NCBI GenBank assembly: GCA_964609095.1
Contig: CAZSQN010000003.1
Span: forward strand, 12,687 to 76,686
DNA length: 64,000 nt
Direction of reading: 5' to 3'
Origin: an uncultured Gammaproteobacteria bacterium
Lineage (GTDB): Bacteria; Patescibacteriota; Patescibacteriia; CAZSQN01
Position 1 is the first letter of the stretch; the number at the start of each line of letters is the position of its first letter. The translations under genes were made by a program, and so were the position numbers. The notes under the pieces were generated by a model. That model worked only from the letters and a program-made list of their open reading frames with translations. It was not told where the DNA came from and ran no database searches. Below, piece by piece: positions 1 to 8,187 of this stretch.

Positions 1-1551
1 CGCGTCCAAACCGTCCAAGGATTTGGCAAAACGGGCCCTAAACACCTTGAGGATAATGCTCGCGAACATCAATCCGGAGCCGCGCTCCTGCTGGGTTAGG
101 TTCATTCCGGCGTAAAGCTCGCCGCGCTGCATCATATTGTGCTTTAACCCTTCCACGGAATCGCCGGCATTAACAAGAATGTCGGCATTATGCTCAAGCA
201 TCACCACGGGCACTTCGCTGGCCAGATACTGATAATCAGTATCAAGCGACCCGAAATGCGTACAGCAAACCCCGACCATTCTGTCAACCTTGCGTTCACC
301 GGTCGGCAGAAAATACGAAAGCTTTTTCATCACCCATTCAAGGGCAAAATCCCAACGGTCGGAAAGTTCGTCATAGACCACGCCAGGCCATCTCTTGCGC
401 AATTTGCCTTTTCTGGCCTGCAGTTTTTGAAGCGTCTCTTTAACGCATTCGCGGCTTAAGCCGGTATCGTCGGAAATCAGACCAGTAGTGCGTTTTCCGT
501 GCTCTTTGAGCGACTCAATGCACTTCCTGCGCCGGGGAGACATCTCGGCCGGCAAACCAATAAAAGCGCGCTCGCGGCTAATCAAATCCTTAAACGGATA
601 ATTGCGGACAACGGGAACGGCGCGATCGTGATACACTTCCACGACCTGAACGCCGATCTGGTTTTCGTTCACGGTTGTCTCTTCAATTCGCGAGAGTACC
701 GGAACAGCCACATAAGGAACTTTTGCCTCGCCCTTGGGCTTGGTAATGGAAGAGCCAAAGCATCCGGCAATACGCAAATCCGGCGCGGAAGAAGCTGATT
801 GCTTGCTTCTATCCTTAATCATTCGCTCAACCGGCGTTGAATAATAGTCGCCGCGCATCCACACGGCCTTAACCGGAGTCAGGACTTCCAATTTCCTTGC
901 ATGCGGCTTACCGCTCCAAAGCGGCAGATTAACCGCGTTATCTTCGTAAAGCCGCATCTCGTTTTGCGAACGAAGCCGCGAGAGAAGCATGCCGGTTTCA
1001 ATGCCGACCGCTTTATCGTACGCCTCGCTTAAAACAACATAAAACTTAACCGTTTCGCCTTTGACATTCTTAAAATGAGGAAGGTGTCTGGCCAATCTCT
1101 TGGCCATAACTTCCGGCGAGAGGTCGCGAATCTTGCGCGCAAGAATTCGCAGCTGCGGATCAACCGCATCCAATTCTTTTTCAATCTCAGACAATCTGGC
1201 CACCAATCTGGCAAGCTCCCTCTGCTCCGAGAGAGTTCGCCCTTTCTTCATCTCCAGTTTTTTAATCTCGTCTTTGGTTTTGCCCAATTCCTTGAGCAGC
1301 TTTTTCTGCGGCTTTTCCAAAAGCCTGAAATCTCTGGAAAGATTCTTGAGCTTTCTGGCGACGGCGCGGCCGGAAACCAGACCGCCGGCCAAAATCACAA
1401 AATGAACGTCTTCCTTGCGAAAGACCTCGGCGGCAAGATCAATCAAGCCCTGCCTAAAGCCGTCAGAACCGTAATCAATCCGCGACATTAATCCTATCCG
1501 TAAATGTTCTTTCTTGTCTTTGTCCGTCATTTCTTTACCTGCGGGCGACAT
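1..1551 (-). CDS. Tandem metallophosphoesterase-like protein with coiled-coil insert and HTH (3' end runs off the window)
   Basis: Hand translation from ATG 1551 (SD GAAAGGAG) is open to position 1. It is missing from the ORF track because it has no stop. Motifs: degenerate IGLMSRIDYGS/FVILAGGLV, then VCCTHFGS and ILVNAGDSVEG. Confidence 0.65.
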   Translation of the reverse strand, partial: MSPAGKEMTDKDKKEHLRIGLMSRIDYGSDGFRQGLIDLAAEVFRKEDVHFVILAGGLVSGRAVARKLKNLSRDFRLLEKPQKKLLKELGKTKDEIKKLEMKKGRTLSEQRELARLVARLSEIEKELDAVDPQLRILARKIRDLSPEVMAKRLARHLPHFKNVKGETVKFYVVLSEAYDKAVGIETGMLLSRLRSQNEMRLYEDNAVNLPLWSGKPHARKLEVLTPVKAVWMRGDYYSTPVERMIKDRSKQSASSAPDLRIAGCFGSSITKPKGEAKVPYVAVPVLSRIEETTVNENQIGVQVVEVYHDRAVPVVRNYPFKDLISRERAFIGLPAEMSPRRRKCIESLKEHGKRTTGLISDDTGLSRECVKETLQKLQARKGKLRKRWPGVVYDELSDRWDFALEWVMKKLSYFLPTGERKVDRMVGVCCTHFGSLDTDYQYLASEVPVVMLEHNADILVNAGDSVEGLKHNMMQRGELYAGMNLTQQERGSGLMFASIILKVFRARFAKSLDGLDA

Positions 1552-1708
1552 AACCGCTCCTTTCACGCATTGCCTGCTGATTGTTGGTTGTTTGGTTGTT
1601 AAAGAACTAAAAAGCCCTTCCCTCCTTAGAGTTTCCCCCTCGGCAAGAAGAGCTTTATTGCTATTATTTTAATCTATCCACAATGGATATGTCTAATGGG
1701 ATGTCAAC

Positions 1709-1815
1709 CCCCGCACATAACCTTCATAAATATCATTAGATAATTTTGTCGAAACTTCGGTTACATAAAATTACCCAAAATAAGTTAAGTTATTTGTATA
1801 GGTTTATGTGCGGGG
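1709..1815. mobile_element. MITE-like element with CCCCGCACATAA/TTATGTGCGGGG inverted ends
   Basis: 12-bp TIR with TCAAC on both flanks. Supplies the stop codon of the DUF475 gene. Confidence 0.55.
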
Positions 1816-2737
1816 TCAACCCCGGCCTCTCTTTTTTCAAATCCTTATGCGATGAATAAAAAGATAATCCTACGATTGAAAGCGTCACCGCCGTTGGCAG
1901 CCATTCGGGAAGATGCAGCCCCAACGCCTCTAAAATCATAAAGATGCCCAAAAATCCGATTGAGGTCATGGCTCCGTTTTTAAGCCAGCGGTATTTGCCT
2001 ACCTTGTCTATTCCTTTAATGGTCAGCTCACGAACAACTAAAGCGCCAACGCCATTTCCAATTAAAATCAACGCTACATTGGTTGTAAACGCAAACGCGC
2101 CAAATATGCCGTCAATGCTAAAAGAAAGGTCCAGCACTTCCAAAAACAAAAGTTTGGAAAGGTCGCTTCTTCCCGGTTTTTCTATCTCATGCTCCTCGCG
2201 CTCGGCCATCTGGCGAAAGCCGTAAAGAATAAAAAAGATGGCATTTCCGGCCGCCGCGGCCAGCATGGCAAGCGGCCGCTCGCGCGTTATGGCCAAAAGT
2301 CCCACCAAAAGCGCGGCTGTTAAAGCAAAAAACCAAACTCCATGCTGCGGCTTGATGAGTTTGTCAGGCACAAAATACGGGTCCTTTTTTTCCAAAAACA
2401 GCCAATGAAAATAAAGCAAAAGCAAAAACATTCCGCCGCCGATTAGCAGAATATAGGAATTTTCTTCCATGGACCGTCTGGCCATTTCATCCCCGCCGAA
2501 AGTCGCGGCGGCGGCAGCAAAAAGCGTGATGCCCGGGGTGGTAATCCAGATGATTAAAAGCGGCAACAATCCTCTTACCAGAAAAACAGCGGTTAATATG
2601 CCCCAAAATAAAAACCATTTCCGCGCCCGCTCGCTCATGGTTTTAAGCATGTGCGCGTTAACAATGGCATTGTCCACGCCCTGGACTACCTCCAGCGCCA
2701 TAAGGCCGATAATTGTAATCAATGACGCAATCAGCAT
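1790..2737 (-). CDS. DUF475/TerC-family integral membrane protein
   Basis: LEVVQGVDNAIVNA and LEVLDLSFSIDGIFGAFA motifs; many TM helices. Confidence 0.85.
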   Translation of the reverse strand: MLIASLITIIGLMALEVVQGVDNAIVNAHMLKTMSERARKWFLFWGILTAVFLVRGLLPLLIIWITTPGITLFAAAAATFGGDEMARRSMEENSYILLIGGGMFLLLLYFHWLFLEKKDPYFVPDKLIKPQHGVWFFALTAALLVGLLAITRERPLAMLAAAAGNAIFFILYGFRQMAEREEHEIEKPGRSDLSKLLFLEVLDLSFSIDGIFGAFAFTTNVALILIGNGVGALVVRELTIKGIDKVGKYRWLKNGAMTSIGFLGIFMILEALGLHLPEWLPTAVTLSIVGLSFYSSHKDLKKERPGLTPHINLYK

Positions 2738-2738
2738 T

Positions 2739-3617
2739 TTATATTTTTAGATTAAAAAGCCGGACGGCGTTTTTAGTCGTTTCCTCCGCGATTTGCTCAT
2801 AACCGACGCCTTTGATTTCGGCAAGCCGTCGGGCGACAAACTCCACATAGCTTGGCTCGTTGCGCGCTCCGCGATGCGGCGGCGGGGCAAGATATGGCGA
2901 ATCGGTTTCAACCATAATCATATTAAGCGGCGCACGGAAGGCAACCTCGGCTAAAATATCAAGCGCGCCTTTTTTTGGCGGAAAAGCAATTGTTCCGGTA
3001 AAAGAAATTAAAAATTCCAGATCAAAATATCTTTTGGCGTCTTCCCAATTTCCGCTAAAACAATGAATCACCCCCCTTTTGCCCAGATTGCCCTGATGGA
3101 TTTCGTCGTGAAGAATCTCAATCGCGTCAGAATGCGCGCTTGCGGCCTCCGGAGTCAAACCATCGCGGACATGGACAACGAGCGGGAGATTTAATTCTGT
3201 GGCCAGATGAACATGCTCGCGAAACGTTTGCCTTTGTTTCTCTTTTGTCGCTTCCGCGTCCAAACCTTCCGGAATGCGGTAATAATCCAGCCCGCATTCG
3301 CCTATGGCAACTATTTTTTCCGAACTCCGCGCTAAATTTTTATAAAATTCGTAATCAAACTTCTCCAACTCTTTTTTAGGATTTGAAAGTTCAGATTCGT
3401 CGTGATGCAAACTATAAAGATGGCTTGGATGCATGCCCACGGCTGCCCAGATGCCGTCATCGTATTTTGCCGCCACGGCAATGGCGCCGGCTGATGTAGC
3501 CGCGTCGGTGCCAACCGTTATCATTTTGACGTTATTAAGAAAAGCGCGACGAATAACTTCGTCGCCGTCTTCTTTATAAGCGTTAAAGTGAACGTGGCAG
3601 TGGGTGTCAATCAGCAT
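2739..3617 (-). CDS. tatD: TatD-family DNase
   Basis: DTHCH, IGECGLDYY, GVIHCFSG, ETDSPYL, RNEP. Confidence 0.95.
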   Translation of the reverse strand: MLIDTHCHVHFNAYKEDGDEVIRRAFLNNVKMITVGTDAATSAGAIAVAAKYDDGIWAAVGMHPSHLYSLHHDESELSNPKKELEKFDYEFYKNLARSSEKIVAIGECGLDYYRIPEGLDAEATKEKQRQTFREHVHLATELNLPLVVHVRDGLTPEAASAHSDAIEILHDEIHQGNLGKRGVIHCFSGNWEDAKRYFDLEFLISFTGTIAFPPKKGALDILAEVAFRAPLNMIMVETDSPYLAPPPHRGARNEPSYVEFVARRLAEIKGVGYEQIAEETTKNAVRLFNLKI

Positions 3618-3647
3618 TAATTTTTTTATATTTAAATATTTAAATGT

Positions 3648-4178
3648 TTAAATATTCAAAGGCGGCAAGCCGAGAACGCGAAGCGCTTCTGGAAGAAGCG
3701 GCAGGAGCACTCTGGCAATTCCGATCAACCATCTCCCTATTTCCGACGGCCCGACAATTTTTTCCAAAAATACGGCAGAAACGGGAATCGCTCCGGCAAC
3801 ATGCAAAATAAGTCCCAGCACCAGCGCGCCTTCGGCAAATCCCAAAACGGCTCCGGCCAGCCGATTTATTGTTTTAAGAAACGGAATTATGGTCAGGATT
3901 TTAAATATCTTTTCAATTAAATAGAATACAAGCCCGACCAGGCGATTGACGATGGTAAAAACAATTATAAAAACAATAATTTTCCAAACGGGCAAACTGC
4001 CGCCAAATCTGCCGGAAAAAAATTCCGCGATGGAAGCAAAATAATGTCCGGCAACATAAGCCCCGGCAACGGTGCCGACTAGCGCGCCCAAAGTATGGAT
4101 AATACCGAACCAAAAACCAAAAAGAACAAACCCTCCAAGTATGATGAGCAAGATTATGTCAACAAAAGACATAAACAA
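3648..4178 (-). CDS. CvpA (colicin V production) family membrane protein
   Basis: DIILL...GFWFG N-terminus and NRLAGAVLG motif. Confidence 0.8.
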   Translation of the reverse strand: MFMSFVDIILLIILGGFVLFGFWFGIIHTLGALVGTVAGAYVAGHYFASIAEFFSGRFGGSLPVWKIIVFIIVFTIVNRLVGLVFYLIEKIFKILTIIPFLKTINRLAGAVLGFAEGALVLGLILHVAGAIPVSAVFLEKIVGPSEIGRWLIGIARVLLPLLPEALRVLGLPPLNI

Positions 4179-4190
4179 AATATCTAATTT

Positions 4191-5711
4191 CTAATGACTA
4201 ATTTCTAATCTTGGAAAAAGCGCCGCGCCCTTTTTCACCTTGCTTCCCGGCTTTATCCCGCCCCATTTTTTGGCCGTCTCATAGCGCGAACTCCGCCAGG
4301 TCTTTCCAAAGCCAAGGTCTTTAAAAATTTTATCAGCCGTATCGGGTAAAAATGGCGCGACCATCCAAGCAATATTTCGGAGCGATTCAAGCAAGGTGTA
4401 GATAACTTTAGAGAGCCGTTTTTTGTCTATTTTGGCTAAAACCCACGGCTGCTCCGTATCAATAAATTTATCCAAAGCGCCGACCGCGTCCCAGATATCG
4501 GAGAGAGCCAAATCCAACCTTAAACTCCCCATATTCACTTCATATGATAGCCAAGTATGGGCAATCCTGCCAGTGGCGCGAGGCGGCACTATACCGCCAA
4601 AATACTTTTCGGCCATGCCTAAAATTCTGGCGGTTAAATTGCCTAAACCATTGGCCAGATCAGCGTTGTACCGCTCGCTCATCCTGTCGGGCGAAAAGTC
4701 CCCGTCGTTGCCAAACCCGATTTCGCGCAAAAGATAATAACGCAAAGCATCAACGCCAAACCGCGAAGTCAATTCAACCGGATTAATCGCGTTGCCCAGC
4801 GACTTGGAGATTTTCTCTCCGTCTATGGTAAAAAATCCGTGGGCAAAAACTTTTTTGGGAAGCGGCAATCCGGCGGAAAGCAGCATGGCCGGCCAAAGCG
4901 CGCAATGAAACTTGATAATATCTTTGCCCACCAGATGCAGGTCCGCCGGCCAATACTTTTGAAATTTTTTACCGTCTGCGCCGTAGCCAACCGCGCTTAA
5001 ATAATTGATAAGCGCGTCAAACCAGACATAAATCGCGTGATGTTTATCCTTTGGAAACGGAGTCCCGCATTTTGCCGAAGCGCGGGTAATGGAAATATCC
5101 TCCATAAAATTTTGGATATAACTCACTACCTCGTTTCGCCTGCTTTCAGGCGCGATAAAATCAGGATGCTTTTTAATGTGATTCAAAAGCGCTTTCCTGT
5201 ATTTTGACAGTTTGAAAAAATAATTTTCTTCTTTAATTTTTTCCGGCGGCTTTTTATGAATCGGGCAAAGCCCGCTTTCCAAATCCGATTCAGGCAAAAA
5301 TGTTTCGCATCCGACGCAGTACCAGCCCTCATAAGTTCCTTTATAAATATCCCCGCGCTTCCATACCACCTCAATAAACTTGGCGATCGCCTTTTTATGC
5401 CGCGTCTCGGTCGTGCGGATAAAATCGTCATTAGTCATTCCGAGCGAATCCCAGGTTTCCGCCCAAACCGCAGCCATTTCATCCAGATAACCTTTGATGT
5501 CCCCCTCTTTTCCCAATTTTTTGGCCGCTTCAATATTCTTTTGGCTGTTTTCATCCGTGCCAGTTAAAAAATTTACCTCAAAACCACGCATACGAAAGTA
5601 GCGCGCGAGCGCGTCTGCCGCGAACATAGTATAAGCGTGGCCAATATGCGGCTTGTCGTTTACGTAATAGATAGGCGTGGTGATGTAGAATTTTTTGGAA
5701 TTTAATGCCAT
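4191..5711 (-). CDS. metG: Methionine--tRNA ligase
   Basis: YITTPIYYVN, HIGH, YVWFDAL, KISKS. Confidence 0.97.
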   Translation of the reverse strand: MALNSKKFYITTPIYYVNDKPHIGHAYTMFAADALARYFRMRGFEVNFLTGTDENSQKNIEAAKKLGKEGDIKGYLDEMAAVWAETWDSLGMTNDDFIRTTETRHKKAIAKFIEVVWKRGDIYKGTYEGWYCVGCETFLPESDLESGLCPIHKKPPEKIKEENYFFKLSKYRKALLNHIKKHPDFIAPESRRNEVVSYIQNFMEDISITRASAKCGTPFPKDKHHAIYVWFDALINYLSAVGYGADGKKFQKYWPADLHLVGKDIIKFHCALWPAMLLSAGLPLPKKVFAHGFFTIDGEKISKSLGNAINPVELTSRFGVDALRYYLLREIGFGNDGDFSPDRMSERYNADLANGLGNLTARILGMAEKYFGGIVPPRATGRIAHTWLSYEVNMGSLRLDLALSDIWDAVGALDKFIDTEQPWVLAKIDKKRLSKVIYTLLESLRNIAWMVAPFLPDTADKIFKDLGFGKTWRSSRYETAKKWGGIKPGSKVKKGAALFPRLEISH

Positions 5712-5799
5712 AAGCTCATTTAATACAATCCTAATTCAGTATAACTTGTAATTTCCAAAATACCAAATTCCGTTTCGGTTCCTATATTCTGTAAAATAG

Positions 5800-5835
5800 A
5801 ATAACAATTTTAAGCTATAGCTGATTTTTGTTATT
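5800..5835. repeat. 36-bp palindromic direct repeat, copy downstream of the PaaX-like gene
   Basis: aataacaattttaagctatagctgatttttgttatt; 35/36 identical to 6433-6468. Confidence 0.9.
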
Positions 5836-5862
5836 ATTTTTTAATTTCTTTATTGCTAACCT

Positions 5863-6432
5863 CTACTGACGATGGAGGCCAAATTTACGAACCAACCAAT
5901 AATCGCCGGGGAATCTCTCTGAGGTAAGATATATAATATTTCTTCTTAGACCATATCCGGTTCTCATAAGTTCGATCATCTGATCTGCGGAATAGGGGAA
6001 AATCCAGACACTGTCTTGTAGGCGAAAAAAACCTATAGAACGGAGGGTTTCCCGAGTCCTGTCTCGAAGAACCTTCCGCTTCTCCTCAACATCAAAAATA
6101 ACTATTCTCCACTTCTCATCCCATTTCTTTGGTCTTTTTAATTTTATCTGCTTGGCCTCAATCTGTTGCAGAAATTTGTATCCTTTTTCAGTTAGATTAA
6201 TAAATGTATGCGCGCTGCTAATTTTCTTGAACAAAATCCCACGAGCAACCAATCTATTTACTGTTTGGTTAATAATAGCGGTAAAACTCCCCTCCCTCCG
6301 TTCAAGAAACACCGGCCCAAGATGTTTAATCAGGTTCGGCGCAACAAAAGAAGCCGCGACCAAACCAGTTAATCCCACTGCTTTTATAACCTCTTTTGTC
6401 CATTCAATTCTTTCAATTCTTTTATTTTTCAT
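5863..6432 (-). CDS. PaaX-like wHTH + Cas2-like domain protein (CPR type)
   Basis: wHTH ending LTEKG, then KWDEKWRIVIFDVEE and GFFRLQDSVWIFPY. Confidence 0.85.
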   Translation of the reverse strand: MKNKRIERIEWTKEVIKAVGLTGLVAASFVAPNLIKHLGPVFLERREGSFTAIINQTVNRLVARGILFKKISSAHTFINLTEKGYKFLQQIEAKQIKLKRPKKWDEKWRIVIFDVEEKRKVLRDRTRETLRSIGFFRLQDSVWIFPYSADQMIELMRTGYGLRRNIIYLTSERFPGDYWLVRKFGLHRQ

Positions 6433-6468
6433 AATAACAATATTAAGCTATAGCTGATTTTTGTTATT
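6433..6468. promoter_or_regulatory. 36-bp palindromic repeat/operator abutting the PaaX-like start codon and overlapping its promoter
   Basis: aataacaatattaagctatagctgatttttgttatt. TTGACA(-) at 6468-6473, 17-nt spacer, TAGCTT. Confidence 0.7.
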
Positions 6469-6505
6469 GTCAATTTTTAAAATGACGGTCATTCTTTCTA
6501 TAATT

Positions 6506-6535
6506 AAAAAAGGGTCCAGCTTTTGGCCAGACCCT
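6506..6535 (-). terminator. Intrinsic terminator of the large structured RNA
   Basis: AGGGTCTGGC-CAAAA-GCTGGACCC followed by U6. Confidence 0.85.
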
Positions 6536-6557
6536 CGCGCCGACGAATCGGCTAATG

Positions 6558-6584
6558 TCACTTCGCCGAGAACGCGACCTTCAT
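6558..6584 (-). CDS. Putative micropeptide MKVAFSAK
   Basis: Perfect SD AGGAGG (6591-6596) 6 nt before ATG; TGA stop; lies just before the terminator. Confidence 0.4.
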   Translation of the reverse strand: MKVAFSAK

Positions 6585-6629
6585 AGGACACCTCCTGGAT
6601 GAATGGTTTTTTCGTGAAAGAACGAAAGA

Positions 6630-6683
6630 TGGGTGCGTGCCCGGAATCTAACAGGGATGTGTTTACATTACATTACACGCACC
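6630..6683 (-). ncRNA. Truncated tRNA-His-like domain lacking the anticodon arm
   Basis: GGTGCGTG/CACGCACC 8-bp stem (G-1:C73 like tRNA-His), D-like TGT-AATGTAA-ACA, T-like CCCTG-TTAGATT-CCGGG. Confidence 0.5.
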
Positions 6684-6971
6684 TTACCAGTAAAAACAGA
6701 GTGACTTAGCGTGCCTTATACGGCACGGCACCCGTCGAGGACGTCTCCTCTAACCGGATGAAGTCACGGACTTCGGGAACGTCGCGACGTCCCTGAAGTT
6801 GCCCTCCTGGACCCCGAGGCGGAACTCGGAGCGCTCCTTTGATTCGTTCCAGGCCATCGAGGACCTGGTAACGTCCGCTGCCCGTCCCCAACGCGTCAAC
6901 GCGTCAAGGACAGATTTTAAGGTTCTGGCGAACAGTGGGAAGTAAATCCCTAAACCATTCGTCAAAACCAG

Positions 6972-7090
6972 TGGAGCCGGGTGGAGTTGAACCACCATCA
7001 TCAACCTGGGCATCCTATATCCCATTAACAGGTATGCTGGCCCGTTAAGAGCTTACGCTCTGATTGATTTACCTCCCTTTAGGCGGCTCC
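6972..7090 (-). ncRNA. tRNA-like domain with branched, expanded anticodon arm (119 nt)
   Basis: Acceptor GGAGCCG/CGGCTCC+A; T-arm GGTGG-TTCAACT-CCACC; TCAATC/GGTTGA stem encloses two hairpins. Confidence 0.7.
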
Positions 7091-7192
7091 TAAAAAGTGC
7101 TGGACTGAGTGAGATATTTGGGCGGTGAAGTTGGCTTCATTAAGGGAGAAGCCCAGTAGCCCATTTTGCCCGGTGAAGAGTTCCAGCACCAG

Positions 7193-7287
7193 TGCGACCG
7201 GAAGGATTTGAACCTTCACTCTCTGCGATTCCACTCCCCGTGATTCCCATTTGGGCGGAAGCCAGAGCGCAGCCCGTGCTCGGTCGC
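7193..7287 (-). ncRNA. tRNA-like domain with elongated anticodon arm (95 nt)
   Basis: Acceptor GCGACCG/CGGTCGC+A; T-arm GAAGG-TTCAAAT-CCTTC; mini D-arm AGC-ACGG-GCT; CTCTG..TTCCGC/GTGGAA..CAGAG stem. Confidence 0.7.
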
Positions 7288-7382
7288 GACAACTTTGTGA
7301 AGAACTGCGGGGGGTTTTGTACTCTGGTCCAACCAGAGCCGAGGTTACTCTACCCCCCTAAATCACCTCACTTCTAACGGAC

Positions 7383-7411
7383 AGGTTACCACAAACCCCA
7401 AAATCTGTCAA
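7383..7411 (-). promoter_or_regulatory. sigma70 promoter of the large RNA
   Basis: TTGACA (7406-7411), 17 nt, TG-extended TAACCT (7383-7388). Confidence 0.75.
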
Positions 7412-7445
7412 GCCCCACTGACAAAATTATGAATTTTCTCTTCTG

Positions 7446-7481
7446 ATATCACTTTTGACACGGCCGTGTCAAAAGTGATAT
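7446..7481. repeat. Perfect 36-bp palindrome
   Basis: atatcacttttgacacgg|ccgtgtcaaaagtgatat, directly after the rsmI stop. Confidence 0.9.
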
Positions 7482-8165
7482 TTATTCCGCAGCGGCAGAA
7501 ATTACAATTACAAACTCTCCTCTTACTTCATCCTTCGGAATTTTATCCAAAATATCCACTATGTTTCCGCGATAAATAGATTCAAATTTTTTTGTTAATT
7601 CACGCGCCACCATTATTTTCCTTTTCGCATCAGCATATTTCCTTAATTGTTCCAAGGCCTTAATCAGGCGATACGGCGATTCGTATAAAACAATTGCCCG
7701 CTTCTCGCTTGCCAATTTTTTAAAAAACGTCTCTCTCCCCTTTTTATGCGGCGGGAATCCTAAAAAAACAAACTCGCCCATCGAAAAACCAGATATTGAA
7801 ATCGCGGCGGTCAAAGCCGAAGGACCGGGAATTGATTCACAATTTAAACGATCGTCAAAATTATGAACCAGGGCGGCAACCAATCTGCCGCCGGGATCTG
7901 ATATACCGGGGGTTCCGGCATCAGCGGTCAAAGCAATGTGTTTTCCGCTATCCAACGCTTCTATAATTTTTGGGAGCATTTTTTCATGGGAATGTTCGTC
8001 ATAGCGCCAAACTGTTTTATTTTTAATATCAAAATGCGCCAAAAGCTTGGCCGCCATGCGAGTGTCTTCGGCTAATATCAAATCCGCTTCGCGCAAAGTT
8101 CTAATGGCGCGAAGAGTAATATCTTCAAGATTGCCGATTGGCGTTGCCACAATTGACAATTTCAT
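7482..8165 (-). CDS. rsmI: 16S rRNA (C1402-2'-O)-methyltransferase
   Basis: VATPIGNLEDITLRA, AEDTR, DAGTPGISDPG, YESPYR, RELTK. Confidence 0.96.
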   Translation of the reverse strand: MKLSIVATPIGNLEDITLRAIRTLREADLILAEDTRMAAKLLAHFDIKNKTVWRYDEHSHEKMLPKIIEALDSGKHIALTADAGTPGISDPGGRLVAALVHNFDDRLNCESIPGPSALTAAISISGFSMGEFVFLGFPPHKKGRETFFKKLASEKRAIVLYESPYRLIKALEQLRKYADAKRKIMVARELTKKFESIYRGNIVDILDKIPKDEVRGEFVIVISAAAE

Positions 8166-8187
8166 AAATTTTATTTACTTTGATTCT

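Larger units (their letters stand above)
6506..7376 (-). ncRNA. ~870-nt highly structured transcript containing three tRNA-like domains
   Basis: Clear sigma70 promoter and terminator, no credible long ORF, near-continuous GC-rich helices. Confidence 0.7.

Noticed and set aside
5800-6468. CRISPR array with cas2
   Set aside because: Only two repeats ~600 bp apart and no cas1 or effector genes.
6743-6756. GGTTAGAGGAGAC, identical to the flavivirus 3' UTR CS2 motif
   Set aside because: Here it forms a different local hairpin (GAGGA-GACG-TCCTC) with no viral context; treated as coincidence.
6765-6880. Partial resemblance to c-di-AMP or glycine riboswitch motifs (AGGGCAACUUC, CCCGAA, AAGGAGC)
   Set aside because: Key conserved blocks (GCUGAAU, CAGCUAAC; GGAGA, CUCUCAGG) are missing.
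6972-7090. Canonical tmRNA
   Set aside because: Only 119 nt, A3-U70 rather than G3:U70, and no tag frame or pseudoknots.
6706-7377. ORF-track entries at 6706-6891, 6750-7025 and 7192-7377 (also 23567-23911, 34086-34564)
   Set aside because: They overlap structured RNAs or tRNA, with no SD or protein motifs.
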